Of a DNA stretch of 64,000 nucleotides, positions 1-10,501 are shown piece after piece. Where the stretch lies: assembly GCA_965200155.1 (NCBI GenBank), contig CBDATR010000024.1, positions 448,673 through 512,672 of the forward strand, in the 5' to 3' direction. The position numbers and the translations under genes are program-made. Within the stretch, counting starts at the first letter, position 1. Every line of letters starts with the position of its first letter. Under the pieces are notes generated by a model. The model was not told the origin of the DNA and did not search any database. It saw only the letters and a list, made by a program, of their open reading frames with translations. This DNA comes from Nitrosopumilaceae archaeon (lineage in GTDB: Archaea > Thermoproteota > Nitrososphaeria > Nitrososphaerales > Nitrosopumilaceae).

Positions 1-57
1 GCAGCAGAACTGTTGGACTGGGTTACATCCGGTCAGATTGACGCAATGAGAAAGTAG
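1..57 (+). CDS. 3' end of upstream gene (partial)
   Basis: Open frame AAELLDWVTSGQIDAMRK* followed by a T-rich tract typical of archaeal terminators. Confidence 0.6.
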   Translation, partial: AAELLDWVTSGQIDAMRK

Positions 58-202
58 TTGCTTTATTCTTTTTGTTTTATATTCATGTAGTGCCTGTACG
101 GTATTATCATAACGGGGTTATAGTGAACAGGATAACACGCTATAACGGGGTTTTGAATTTTGATTATAGTTTAAATATATTCAGCGAATACTTAGTTTTG
201 TA

Positions 203-505
203 ATGCCAATTGCAATACTGCCGGACATAGACGAGCAGAGATGTATCGGTTGCGCACTTTGCGTAGAGATATGTACATCACTGGGCCCTGATGTCCTTAG
301 AATAAAGCCCGTCGAGGGTTGGAAGAGAGGAAAGGCATTCGTCTTTTACCCTGAGAGATGCATCTCCGATGGTGCATGTATTGGGGTTTGCCCGACAAAG
401 TCCATATTCTGGATGCGTCCAATGAATTACACTGCGGGACAACCAGTACCGCTACACAAGAATGGCGTATTCATAAATGGCTGGGCCGAAGACGCAGCCC
501 TATAG
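203..505 (+). CDS. 2x[4Fe-4S] ferredoxin
   Basis: CxxCxxCxxxC and CxxDxxCxxxCP motifs; TATA-like tttaaata at about 170. Confidence 0.92.
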   Translation: MPIAILPDIDEQRCIGCALCVEICTSLGPDVLRIKPVEGWKRGKAFVFYPERCISDGACIGVCPTKSIFWMRPMNYTAGQPVPLHKNGVFINGWAEDAAL

Positions 506-525
506 ACATCTTTTTTGTATTATTT

Positions 526-2007
526 TTATTTCTCAAGAGTACTGGACGGTACTGCCGTTTTATTGACGAAATATGAAATGAAGGGATCCGTGCGATCATA
601 TATGATGTGATTGATATTATGATTCCGGATGAAATCGTCCCAGGAATCACCAAAGGTAGGATAGTCTTGTGGATTCCTGTGTATGTTGGAGTCAAGATGG
701 TGTGCCGCGGGATAGAGATCAGACAGATCAAGCGGAATGAGACCCAGGTGCGGAGTGTATATGCATACCAGTACGTCCGGGTCCGTATCATTTATGGAGA
801 GATATGCAGGACTGGTTCGTGGTCTTGATACTATGTGTAGTGTACGCTTTTTGGTAGTGTATCTTTTCAGGGCGCGCCTCAGGGTTGCCGCCTCAGGACG
901 GTATTGATCCCATACATCAAAGAAGAATGCGGCCTTGCTCTTGAAGATGGGGGTTCCGGCATCAAGTATGGATTCAAGGGCCAGTATGGGGATAGCATCA
1001 TATAGTTTAGGGTGGGCCCTGGCCTTTTTTGTGACATACTCCCATAAACGGCCCTCGTGTAGGGCCTGCCTTGTGGCATCCACCTCCAGCTTGATGGCAT
1101 ACAGGTTGTGCAGTGCCAAAAGGTTGGTCCGTGCGTCACGTTTTTCGTTGCGAAGCTCTGAGGCCGTGTATGATGCGCATATGCGGCATGAGCACGGAAG
1201 GGTGTACATGTCCGAGAGGTATCTTGTGCCATCCGGTGTGATGTAACGGTCCTGCTTGGCGTATAGTATGTAGGATGCCGAATCAAAGGTATCGCAGCCA
1301 AGGGCGACAGCCATGGGTATTGTAATGGGATGGCCTGCGCCAAAGAGATGAAGTGGTATTCCGTATGGTATGGAAGTGCGGGCGGCATTTATGATGCGCG
1401 CCAGATGAGAGTATTCGTATGATTCCATGAATTCGACGGGGCTGCCCAGTGCCATGAACGTGTAGCCCTGCTTCACCAGAGAGCGGGCAGAGCGGCGCAC
1501 CAAGTCCAAGTGCTCTCCTCCCTGTATGGGACCGGCCCATATCTGGCCATTTGGGGCGGCTGCCTTTATGGTTTCTTGAGATGCCTTTAGGGTACGGGTG
1601 ACATAGGCGGCTGCCTGCCGGTGAGATAGACCAAAACCCGTTGGCTTGTCCAGGGGGACGGGTATGTCAGACATTATATCCGTCTCGTATTGGGCCATCT
1701 GGGGGGGCGTGATATTAAGGTCCCCATATTCAAGTACCTGGTACCCGCCGGAATCGGTCATTATGGGCCCATCATAATTTACTATATCATGGATGCCCCG
1801 GCGTATGGCGTCCTCGCCGTGCCGCTTCATGGTGATGTAGGCATTGGTTATTATCATCTGGAAGCCCATCTCCTTTAGTGTGTCAGATGAAATGTCATGT
1901 TTTGCAGGATGTACTACTGGAACGTATGCTGGCGTCTCCACGGTGCCGTGATTTGTATGGAGTTTGCCTATGCGGCCTGCCAGGTCAGTCTTCAATATCT
2001 CAAACAA
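526..2007 (-). CDS. tgtA: archaeosine tRNA-guanine(15) transglycosylase
   Basis: MTDSGGYQ, HLFGAGHP, GCDTFDSASY, CxCxxC zinc site, HNL motif. Confidence 0.93.
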   Translation of the reverse strand: MFEILKTDLAGRIGKLHTNHGTVETPAYVPVVHPAKHDISSDTLKEMGFQMIITNAYITMKRHGEDAIRRGIHDIVNYDGPIMTDSGGYQVLEYGDLNITPPQMAQYETDIMSDIPVPLDKPTGFGLSHRQAAAYVTRTLKASQETIKAAAPNGQIWAGPIQGGEHLDLVRRSARSLVKQGYTFMALGSPVEFMESYEYSHLARIINAARTSIPYGIPLHLFGAGHPITIPMAVALGCDTFDSASYILYAKQDRYITPDGTRYLSDMYTLPCSCRICASYTASELRNEKRDARTNLLALHNLYAIKLEVDATRQALHEGRLWEYVTKKARAHPKLYDAIPILALESILDAGTPIFKSKAAFFFDVWDQYRPEAATLRRALKRYTTKKRTLHIVSRPRTSPAYLSINDTDPDVLVCIYTPHLGLIPLDLSDLYPAAHHLDSNIHRNPQDYPTFGDSWDDFIRNHNINHIIYDRTDPFISYFVNKTAVPSSTLEK

Positions 2008-2049
2008 TTACTGTCCGTTGACAACAGCATATTTAATTCAAAAGTGCCA

Positions 2050-2595
2050 TTATGTTATACCGGTGGAGTAATCAAAGAAGCGTCTCATGTCATTATTCCG
2101 GTGTATCATGTCTAGCCAGTCCACCGTGTCAGAATGGTCAGGGTCGCGCAGGAGAGTCAGCGCCCTGTTGTAGTTGTAGTTTATTGTGTGGCCAGTTACA
2201 TCCAGCTGGGTGACCTTCTTTCCAAAGATAGTGACGGAGTCCTGGGCTATTACACCCAGTATCTCGGCGCCAAGGTTCTCTTTAGTCTTGTAATTATCAT
2301 ACCCCCTAGTATGGTATATGCCCTCCAGCTCGTACGGACTGCGCCGCAGTACCAGAATAGTATCAACAAAGTTTCGCCCCAAGACGTAGGGAGCCAGATG
2401 ACCTACAATGATGCACGATTCGGAGCATTCCAGGGCATGTGCCAGTCTACTGGTATCGACTGTATCATGCTCCAGCATTCCTAACCTGGAGGCTTCCGCG
2501 GATATATCCAGGAGTGGCAGATTCAGGGACTTGCTAATCATGTTTGAAATGGTGTGTTTGCCGGTACCGGGGCTTCCTGTTACCGCGTATATCAT
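2050..2595 (-). CDS. AK6/Fap7-type adenylate (nucleoside monophosphate) kinase
   Basis: TGSPGTGK P-loop; GHL and RGY..K..ENL.AEI motifs. Confidence 0.85.
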   Translation of the reverse strand: MIYAVTGSPGTGKHTISNMISKSLNLPLLDISAEASRLGMLEHDTVDTSRLAHALECSESCIIVGHLAPYVLGRNFVDTILVLRRSPYELEGIYHTRGYDNYKTKENLGAEILGVIAQDSVTIFGKKVTQLDVTGHTINYNYNRALTLLRDPDHSDTVDWLDMIHRNNDMRRFFDYSTGIT

Positions 2596-2632
2596 GAGAA
2601 TGGTTAGTGTTTGTGTTAAATGATTCTTGGGA

Positions 2633-4165
2633 CTACTGTGGCTCTATGGTGGCCGGAGGCTTGCTGGATATGGAATATGAGACCCATGTCACCTCGTCTA
2701 TCTCGTTTGTTATTCTATTGCTCATGGCCGATAATAGCGAGTGATCCAGGCGCGCCCAGTCGGCGGTCATGGCATCGACAGATTCGACTACCCTTATGGT
2801 TACGATACGACCGTACATACGCCCATCACCAACTACGCCCACAGCCCTATCCTCGCCTACCGCTGCATACGCCTGCCAGACAGAGTCATAAATGCCCGCG
2901 GCAATGAGTTCCTCTTCTACGATATGGCTGGCATCCCGGCATATGCGTATCTTGTCTGGAGTCACCTCACCCATAATACGTACGGCAAGACCGGGACCGG
3001 GGAAGGGGTGCCGCTTCAGTATGCTGTCGGGCAGTCCCAGTATATGCCCCACTTGCCGGACCTCATCTTTGTATAGTTCCCGCAGGGGCTCTAGTACTTG
3101 CAGTCCCATTTTTTCCGGGAGACCACCCACGTTATGATGGGACTTGATCACCACCGCGGGACCGCCAGAGACGCCACTTTCTATTATGTCCGGGTACAGG
3201 GTGCCCTGGGCTAGCCAGTCAAAGGGTCCGTTATTTTTGGAGAATTCTGTGAATGCCTTGATAAATTCGCCACCAATGAATTTGCGCTTGGCCTCGGGGT
3301 CTGTAATGCCCCGCAAACCATCCAGGAAAGAGTCGGCCGCGGATACCAAGTCTAGTTTGATACCCATACTCTCAAATATGTTTACCACTTGTGTGGCCTC
3401 CTTGTGCCGGAGTAGACCATTATCCACAAAGACGCACCGTAACCGCTCGCCCAAGGCGCGATGAAGCAGTACTGCGGCCACGCTAGAGTCCACTCCGCCG
3501 GAGACTCCGCAGAGTACGCGGCCAGACGTATTGGAGAGATTCTGTATGGATGACTCGACAAAGGCCTCCATGGTCCAGTTCTGTCTTGCCCCGCACAGTT
3601 TCACCGCAAAGTTGCGCAGAATCTCCGCCCCCCGGGGAGTGTGGGCCACCTCAGGATGGAACTGTATGCCCAGTATCTTGCCGGTGTTATCAGATATGGC
3701 TGCGGCCGCAGCCCTGTCGGTATGCCCTGCAACATGAAAACCTGGCGGTATGAGGGCGGCCTCATCACCATGACTCATCCAGGCACGAACAGAGGAACCC
3801 AAGCCCGCCAGCAGACCGGAGTCATCATCCACGTATAGGGTGGAATTACCATACTCCCTTGATGCCCGTCGTACCTTGCCGCCGTACTTGGTGACTATTA
3901 CCTGGTGTCCGTAGCATATGCCCAGGACTGGCAGGCCCGCAGCCAGTATGGAGTCATGGGGCATGGGAGCATTCTCGTCATATGTACTGCAAGGACCCCC
4001 GGAGAGAATTATTCCCTTAGTGTCAGGTGTAATTATGGTAGCTGGTACGGAATCATAAGGGAGCAGATCCGCCCGGACAGAAAAGTCCCGTATACGCCTG
4101 CATATCAGGTGGCTGTACTGGGAACCAAAATCCAGTACTACTATGCGATCAGTCTTGTCGGACAT
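2633..4165 (-). CDS. guaA: GMP synthase (glutamine-hydrolysing)
   Basis: LDFGSQY, GICYG, QFHPE, SGGVDS, KSHHNVGGLP, KPPATIE. Confidence 0.97.
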   Translation of the reverse strand: MSDKTDRIVVLDFGSQYSHLICRRIRDFSVRADLLPYDSVPATIITPDTKGIILSGGPCSTYDENAPMPHDSILAAGLPVLGICYGHQVIVTKYGGKVRRASREYGNSTLYVDDDSGLLAGLGSSVRAWMSHGDEAALIPPGFHVAGHTDRAAAAAISDNTGKILGIQFHPEVAHTPRGAEILRNFAVKLCGARQNWTMEAFVESSIQNLSNTSGRVLCGVSGGVDSSVAAVLLHRALGERLRCVFVDNGLLRHKEATQVVNIFESMGIKLDLVSAADSFLDGLRGITDPEAKRKFIGGEFIKAFTEFSKNNGPFDWLAQGTLYPDIIESGVSGGPAVVIKSHHNVGGLPEKMGLQVLEPLRELYKDEVRQVGHILGLPDSILKRHPFPGPGLAVRIMGEVTPDKIRICRDASHIVEEELIAAGIYDSVWQAYAAVGEDRAVGVVGDGRMYGRIVTIRVVESVDAMTADWARLDHSLLSAMSNRITNEIDEVTWVSYSISSKPPATIEPQ

Positions 4166-4721
4166 TCTCCTGCATCCGGGTAAGTGCCCACTTTATGGTA
4201 CCAGATATCTCCCGGACCCGGTCCTCCAGTCGGTAGTTGTGTATTATAATCTCCCGGATATGGCCATCCTCGTTTAGTATTTCATGTCTCATGGAGGCAG
4301 CTGTATCGAGATTTCCCGCAGATACATCCTGCTCGTCCCGCTTCTTCATTGTATCCAGGATTCGGTTCACAAAGAAGGACTGGAAGGGGGGCGTAGACTC
4401 GGTTACCCGAATAGCATCATCCAAGATTATAGATATTTTGTTTGGATATGTATGCATGGTGGCAATGGTATCACCAGCCGCGTTAGTAATATCCTTGGTT
4501 AAGGCCTTGGGAGATGAGGATTCCGGGTGCGAGGGCGTAGCCGGTGCAGAATCCGGCGTATAGCTGGACGCTTTTACAAAACTGGACCGCTTTAGTATGC
4601 TGTCAAGGGCCACTATGTTTAGATCAGTCATCTCCAACTCTTCGCGCATCTTGTCGGCTTTTTCTTGTAGTTTCTCGCGCAATGCAGCTATATCCCGAAT
4701 CTGCATATCGCTGAGCTTCAC
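4149..4721 (-). CDS. hypothetical protein with N-terminal coiled coil
   Basis: 190-aa ORF overlapping the guaA start, operon-like. Confidence 0.7.
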   Translation of the reverse strand: MKLSDMQIRDIAALREKLQEKADKMREELEMTDLNIVALDSILKRSSFVKASSYTPDSAPATPSHPESSSPKALTKDITNAAGDTIATMHTYPNKISIILDDAIRVTESTPPFQSFFVNRILDTMKKRDEQDVSAGNLDTAASMRHEILNEDGHIREIIIHNYRLEDRVREISGTIKWALTRMQENVRQD

Positions 4722-5390
4722 AGTTGGGAGACATGGATGTCATTTATTAAATTGTGAGGTATGCGGCGAACGTAACAGTTTATGTCTCACAAGTTCGAAT
4801 ACAAGCTTGCCGGGATAGTGGAAGACTGACCATTTTCAAAATACGTTTGTTTATTGCGAACCTGTTCTCTGAGCACACATTTGCCACAGACTTGTGTAAC
4901 ACGTCATAAACACTGGCAGCCTGGATCAGAGTATGGCGAAGGTGACCCAAATGGTCACTACAGGAACCGCTCATGACGGTAGTAAATGCTTACTCTGTAA
5001 TCCGGGCCCTTGGCAGTGACCAAGGTCATTGTACAATTGCTCTGTTATTGAGATTGATGTGACGCGATGGAGCAGTATACGCTATGACTGACAGAAGCAT
5101 ATCCTCTGTGTAGTATGTTTAATGTACGCGTAAACCCACTACAAATCTTGGATACCAACTTATGGTATGAACTCGCCACCTCAAATGGGGATCTCTGGGT
5201 GACCTAAAAGGTTACAATAAAACTCAGTAGGAGATTTAAATTGAAAAGAAAGGCAGTAGTATGAGTTCACGTGTTTTGATCATTCACTAAGATATAGATT
5301 GGCATGACAATATTTTACTTAAATACCAAATTTGCAATAAGAATCTAATGAGAAGACGCCGGTCCTATAAGGAATTGGAACTGAAAAATA

Positions 5391-5480
5391 GTATGAGTTC
5401 ACCTGTGTCTAAATTTACGCACAACTGATCGCGACAGTTAATGTGATTTGTGCACGATTCCGGAAGACGTGAACTCATAC
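5391..5480. mobile_element. 92-bp-family MITE (90 bp)
   Basis: TIR gtatgagttcac; near TSD gaaaaata/aaaaaata. Confidence 0.88.
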
Positions 5481-5505
5481 AAAAAATAAGCTTCTTCAGG
5501 ATACC

Positions 5506-5607
5506 CTTGCGTCTACCAAGAAAGAACTTGCACATTACAAGGCAGGGGCCATGGGCCGCCTTGTCCTACGTCTTGCGGCTACCGAGAAAGATCTTGCACA
5601 TTACAAG
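5506..5607 (+). CRISPR. CRISPR-like mini-array inside IS66 transposase (2 repeats, one 30-bp spacer)
   Basis: 36-bp repeats 5506-5541 and 5572-5607 (second degenerate); spacer is a deleted version of the last spacer of the 52173-52425 array. Confidence 0.65.
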
Positions 5608-7029
5608 GAACGTGTGAGAGTATTGGAAGCATATGTGTCCCGCACCACAAAAGAAATACGAAATCTCACACAAGATTTCCAAATTATTATAAATTATGTA
5701 AATGAATTGGAAAAGAAATTAAAAGAAAAACAGGGGAAAATTGCGGTAATCACAACGCGACTTAAATATTATGAGAATGCTCACTTGCCACCATCCCTTC
5801 AATCCCTCCAGTACAAGAAGCGGGAACAGGGAGATAATAAGCAACAGACAGAAGCCAGTACTAAATCAGCCAAAAAGGCTGGCGCGCAAAAGGGACACAA
5901 GGGGGTTTCCCGTTCCCACAACCCCGACAGAGTAATGCGCCACACCTTTGAGCATACTCCAATATGTGAGTGCGGCAATATAATGACAAAAAGTGGTTGG
6001 AAACAACGACGCATAACAGAATTAATACCAGCCAGAATAGAGGAGACCCTTCATGTGATAGAGATGGCCTCCTGCATGTGCGGCAAAAAACAACTGGCCC
6101 CAGCAGTGGGCGTCCCAGAGAGTGGTGGTTTTGAGATGTGGTGCCATCACTGCATTGCGTGCGGAAAAGATTCCAATAAAACGCGTACCTGTAATTTCGA
6201 GGGATCTCTTCGGCCTGAATATATCGGTGGGTGCGGTAAACAACATAATTGCCAGGGCCGCCGATGCATGCGAATCATTTATGGAAACAATTTATGAGAA
6301 TATAATAAAATCACCCAGCATTCATGTGGACGAAACTGGTATATCACTGGCGGGTAAGCGTGGCTGGATATGGGGGATGCGGGCCGAAGAGTGGATGATA
6401 TGCAAAAGTAGGAGTCATATGTAGTGGACAAATACCTGAACGGTTACCAGGGCGCGATAGTCACAGACAGGTACGTTGTGTGTTACCGGTTTGATGACGG
6501 TGGGAAGCACCATCTGGGCGCATTTATTGCGCAATACCAGTATATTACATGCAGGATTCTATATCGATCCCGGTGATCAGGACGCCCGGATCAAACTTGA
6601 CAACTATTTGATCCGGAGCGCACGTGAATCGCTGCGGGCCGTCCGCGCAATTACGACACTCATTTGAGACAGGAGCAGATGCATCAGTACTGTGATGTTG
6701 AGGATACTGAACTGCAAAAGAAGGTAAAAGGATTGAATAAGGCCATACCAGGCATGTTCGTATTCCTAGAATATGACAGTGTGGAGCCGACCAACAATCC
6801 AGCGGAGCAGTGGAACCGGTTCTGATACGCAGTGGTATTCCGCAAGATTAGTGGTCAGATAAAGGGTGTAATGCGCCGCATGTCCATATGTGTTCAGACA
6901 TGGAGGACTCAGGGCCTTTCTGTAATGAATGAGGTTGCTGCCAGAATGCAATTATAATTAAAAAACTGGGATGCATTCTATCTTATTATGTGATCAAAAC
7001 ACGTGAACTCATACCTTTTACTAGTCCAC

Positions 7030-7193
7030 GACGGGGCTTTGATGTAATAGTGGGTAATCTGCCGTGGAAGAAAAACAAGATGAATGAGGATAAATTCTTC
7101 TCAATATATGATCCGGAGATACAGACACTCAATCCTAACACTAAAAAAAAGAAACGTATAAACAAGGGCTGTCATAGTCAAATCGTACTATAA
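7030..7193 (+). pseudogene. fragment of N6-adenine methyltransferase (Type IIG/Eco57I-like)
   Basis: GFDVIVGNLPW (decayed NPPW motif IV) followed by NE..FFS.YDP; cut by the IS66 end. Confidence 0.65.
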
Positions 7194-7211
7194 CCGGATA
7201 CGCCCTAGCCA

Positions 7212-7622
7212 TTATATCCCACCTGCATATTTAGGGTGAAATGCCGGAATTCCCACCATGGTGGCCACCTTAAGCATTCCCCGATCAAGCGTAATCAGGC
7301 CAATTCCATGTATGCGGCACGTGGCCAGAATGCGGTGATCACCATTATGTGCATAGTGATACTGGTTACGTAGCATTTGGGCGGTATCCTCAAGATCTGT
7401 GGGATCCGATATTATGCCGACGCGTCTCTCACCAAATATCTTGCGCAGGCTACCAAGAATTGCATCAACTGTCAGGTTACGTACCCGTCTGAGCTCCCAT
7501 AATACTTGGCTACACAGCACTATCTTGTATTGCTTGCCCTTAAGATTGTCTCGCAGTTTACTGACGACCGAGGCGCCCTCCATTATGTCTATTACAACGC
7601 ATGTGTCAAAGGCTATTTTCAT
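7212..7622 (-). CDS. PIN-domain (VapC-like) nuclease
   Basis: FDTCV, E.L, D..ILA, ITLD acidic PIN motifs. Confidence 0.85.
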   Translation of the reverse strand: MKIAFDTCVVIDIMEGASVVSKLRDNLKGKQYKIVLCSQVLWELRRVRNLTVDAILGSLRKIFGERRVGIISDPTDLEDTAQMLRNQYHYAHNGDHRILATCRIHGIGLITLDRGMLKVATMVGIPAFHPKYAGGI

Positions 7623-7835
7623 GATAGTGGTATGCTAATATAGTTATTATTGATTACTTACATAGTATTGTTAGTATCCATAGTATTAATAATATACTAA
7701 ATAATTAAAAATCACTCAATAAAACACGAAATGCGGCACAAGGCGGGGACATGGTAATGGGGAGTATAAGTGAAAAAGAAGTGAACCCTAGTGATGCTCA
7801 CAGTCCAATGCTTGCCGCGTCTATTACTGAACTCA

Positions 7836-8108
7836 TTATGCATACTCCCCAATATCGGCATATTGGCGGCGTCTTATCGCCCTGGCCTCATCTTCTAAGA
7901 GCGACTCACCGTATCGTGCTAATAGCACACCACGCATGAATCGACTTAACGCGATTTCCTTCCTTTTGGCTTCTTTCTGTGCCCATTGATGTACATCATT
8001 ATCAATTGATATTTTGACTTGTACAATATTTTGCAAATGTGTTCCGATCGCATCAATATTGAAATCATTATTGAATGATAAAATCACGACTTTCTTTTTT
8101 TTGAACAT
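7836..8108 (-). CDS. small protein, possible ribbon-helix-helix DNA-binding protein
   Basis: VKISIDNDVHQWAQKEAKRKEIALSRFMR fits the RHH pattern. Confidence 0.5.
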   Translation of the reverse strand: MFKKKKVVILSFNNDFNIDAIGTHLQNIVQVKISIDNDVHQWAQKEAKRKEIALSRFMRGVLLARYGESLLEDEARAIRRRQYADIGEYA

Positions 8109-8344
8109 TATGGCCCCTCTATTGTCGCTTCATATGGCAATATTTTATCATAATTAGCCAAATATGCAATTTTATTAGCGACGCGCGCATATACGTATTG
8201 TATACAATTATCATCGTCATCTTTTGTTGATAAATTTTCAGCATATGATTTTATTTTATACCATTTATCAATATTCCTGATTTTTACAATATCTCCTATT
8301 TGAGGAAATTGGCCCTCTGGAATAATTAATTTGAGTAATGTCAT
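8108..8344 (-). CDS. small hypothetical protein
   Basis: AT-rich 78-aa ORF translationally coupled to both neighbours. Confidence 0.5.
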   Translation of the reverse strand: MTLLKLIIPEGQFPQIGDIVKIRNIDKWYKIKSYAENLSTKDDDDNCIQYVYARVANKIAYLANYDKILPYEATIEGP

Positions 8345-8535
8345 TTCATGTCCCCCTCACTCGGCATCCATAATCGTAAATCCTTGGCAATATCCTGCAA
8401 TTTCTTTTGTGCATCCGGGGATGATATACCATAACTATTTGTCAGCGCCACGAGTATGGAATGGGTATCATATGTCGTGCAGCACAGACTAACTTGTTTC
8501 ATTATACTACCTACTATTGACCTGTTAAAGACCAT
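8341..8535 (-). CDS. small hypothetical protein
   Basis: 64-aa ORF with ATGA overlap into the next gene. Confidence 0.45.
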   Translation of the reverse strand: MVFNRSIVGSIMKQVSLCCTTYDTHSILVALTNSYGISSPDAQKKLQDIAKDLRLWMPSEGDMK

Positions 8536-8823
8536 ATCGGTTTGTATATTCTAATTTGAAAAATTCTATATACAAACTTGGACGGCTTAACGTGAATATT
8601 ACAGCTATGTGATTCAAATTGACCCTGTGGGCAAGGACTTATGCACAAAATAAACGAATTATTAACATGAACTTATGCACACAGATTTCTGAGTTAAAAT
8701 TTTTCAGGGCACAAAATCCTATACGGACCTCTATTACACGCCCCCCTTCTTACTACTCTGCTAACTAATTTGTGCATTCTATTGTATATGATCATTCGTA
8801 TAACACCCATTTTTTAGCTGCCG

Positions 8824-9083
8824 GCACACCCCTGGGCTTCTTATGCTATTGATCATATGTCATATATCCACACACGCCCCTGATCTTATACTATTGACCA
8901 TACCGCCCTACTCTTATGATGATATCCATATGTCATACGCCCCTGGGCTTACTATTGATCATATATCCGCCACGACTCCTTATGACCTGCACGCCCCTGA
9001 TCTTATACCACTGCTCCTTATGACGCCCCCGCCCCACTGTCACTGCTCCTTATGACTATCCAGAACGCCGCGACTCCTTATGC
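8824..9083. repeat. cluster of short C-rich direct repeats
   Basis: acgcccctg/acacccctg x4, ctccttatg x4, ctattga(t/c)cata x3. Confidence 0.7.
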
Positions 9084-9112
9084 CGGTTACCTAGTGAGTT
9101 AAATTTTCGAGG

Positions 9113-9207
9113 ACAAGTGCCTTACTATGATACGGAACGCTTCAAAAGACTGATCATTCCAACTCATGTTAACACTATTCTCTATGTACTGACTTCTTAA
9201 CAGCGCC
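9113..9207 (-). mobile_element. IS1595-like terminal repeat remnant
   Basis: Reverse complement of 39366-39457, starting ggcgctgttaag. Confidence 0.75.
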
Positions 9208-9229
9208 CCATATGCGCTAGACGAATATT

Positions 9230-9898
9230 CTAGGGAATAGGCGCCTTGTAGTACTTGTCCAGGCCGGTTGGTTCTGGTTGCAATGATGATTCCATTTCGA
9301 ACTGTTCTGGTAGTTGGTCTATGATCCTGTCTGACGCTATTCCCACATAGACCAACCGCTCTATTATGGCGCGTACCATGTCGCCATTCACGCCCTCTAG
9401 TGGATAATTCGTGATGCCACTCTCGGCATTGGAACGATACTTGTATCTATCAACGAACCATCCTACAGGCGTTCTACCATTGACTGAGTAATGGATTGTT
9501 GGCATATTATCGTATACTAACACGTTATCCAGTAGTAGTTTGGATTGATCAACTATTCCCTTTGGTCCGGGACCGTCATTAGGTTTCTTACCAAAGGCTA
9601 TCTTCTTTGGAGCGTCAGGTATTGGAACCAGCGACTCGCCCAGGTTGTAACGGGGGCCGGTCTCATAATTGAGATGCAAGTCAGCTAGCTGTCTACCTGC
9701 TTTCATGAATGAGTGGAAATCGGGTGCCATGGGTATGCTTGGTAAACCACGAACGAGAAATACCTGGTACTTGGTACGATAGCCGGGGTGGTGTAGAATC
9801 CCATACGTATAGTAGAAGATGTCCTCTTTAGTAATTGAATTATCATTATAGACATCACAATAGTGTTTTAACGCCCAGTCTGTAATGTTATCATTCAT
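9230..9898 (-). CDS. Type ISP restriction-modification C-terminal (specificity) subunit, allele 2
   Basis: DNITD, ITKEDIFYY.YGILH, LADLHLNYE, Y.VNGRTP; paralog of 38681-39343. Confidence 0.85.
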   Translation of the reverse strand: MNDNITDWALKHYCDVYNDNSITKEDIFYYTYGILHHPGYRTKYQVFLVRGLPSIPMAPDFHSFMKAGRQLADLHLNYETGPRYNLGESLVPIPDAPKKIAFGKKPNDGPGPKGIVDQSKLLLDNVLVYDNMPTIHYSVNGRTPVGWFVDRYKYRSNAESGITNYPLEGVNGDMVRAIIERLVYVGIASDRIIDQLPEQFEMESSLQPEPTGLDKYYKAPIP

Positions 9899-9929
9899 TT
9901 CGTCACCATCATTGTTATTTTGTTTCTTT

Positions 9930-10175
9930 GTATGAGTTCACGTGTTTTGATCACATAATAAGATAGAATGCATCCCAGTTTTTTTAATTATAACTGCATT
10001 CTGGCAGCAACCTCGTTCATAACAGAAAGGCCTTGAGCCCTCCATGTCTGAACACATGATACAAATGTAGACATGCGGCGCATTGCCCTTTCGCCACCCT
10101 TTATCTGACCACTAATCTTGCGGAATACCACTGCGTATCGCAAAGCCTGCTCCGCTGGATTGTTGGTGGGCTCCA
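9930..10175 (-). mobile_element. IS66 right-end fragment with unscarred transposase C-terminus
   Basis: TIR at 9930; encodes NNPAEQALRYAVVFRKISG...QL*. Confidence 0.85.
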
Positions 10176-10267
10176 GTATGAGTTCACGTCTTCCGGAATC
10201 TTATGCACAAATCACATTAACTGTCGCGATCAGTTATGCGTAAATTTAGACACAGGTGAACTCATAC
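10176..10267. mobile_element. 92-bp MITE
   Basis: Both TIRs; no TSD. Confidence 0.9.
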
Positions 10268-10501
10268 GATGGGTAAGTTGTTTAATAAAATAAATGTCGC
10301 CAACGAGGTTGTAGGTACTGACTCGGAGATACTAGGTGAGGAGCTCATGCCAAAACAATTCAACGATAATTACACCAAGATAAGAAAGATGGCGTATGAG
10401 TTCACGTGTTTTGATCACATAATAAGATAGAATACATCCCAGTTTTTTAATTATAACTGCATTCTGGCAGCAACCTCGTTCATTACAGAAAGGCCTTGAG
10501 C

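Larger units (their letters stand above)
5259..7014 (+). mobile_element. IS66-family (single-ORF, ISBst12-like) element, degenerate copy
   Basis: 24-bp TIR gtatgagttcacgtgttttgatca at both ends; transposase pieces (HVDETG, TDRY, EPTNN) with frameshifts; no matching TSD. Confidence 0.88.
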
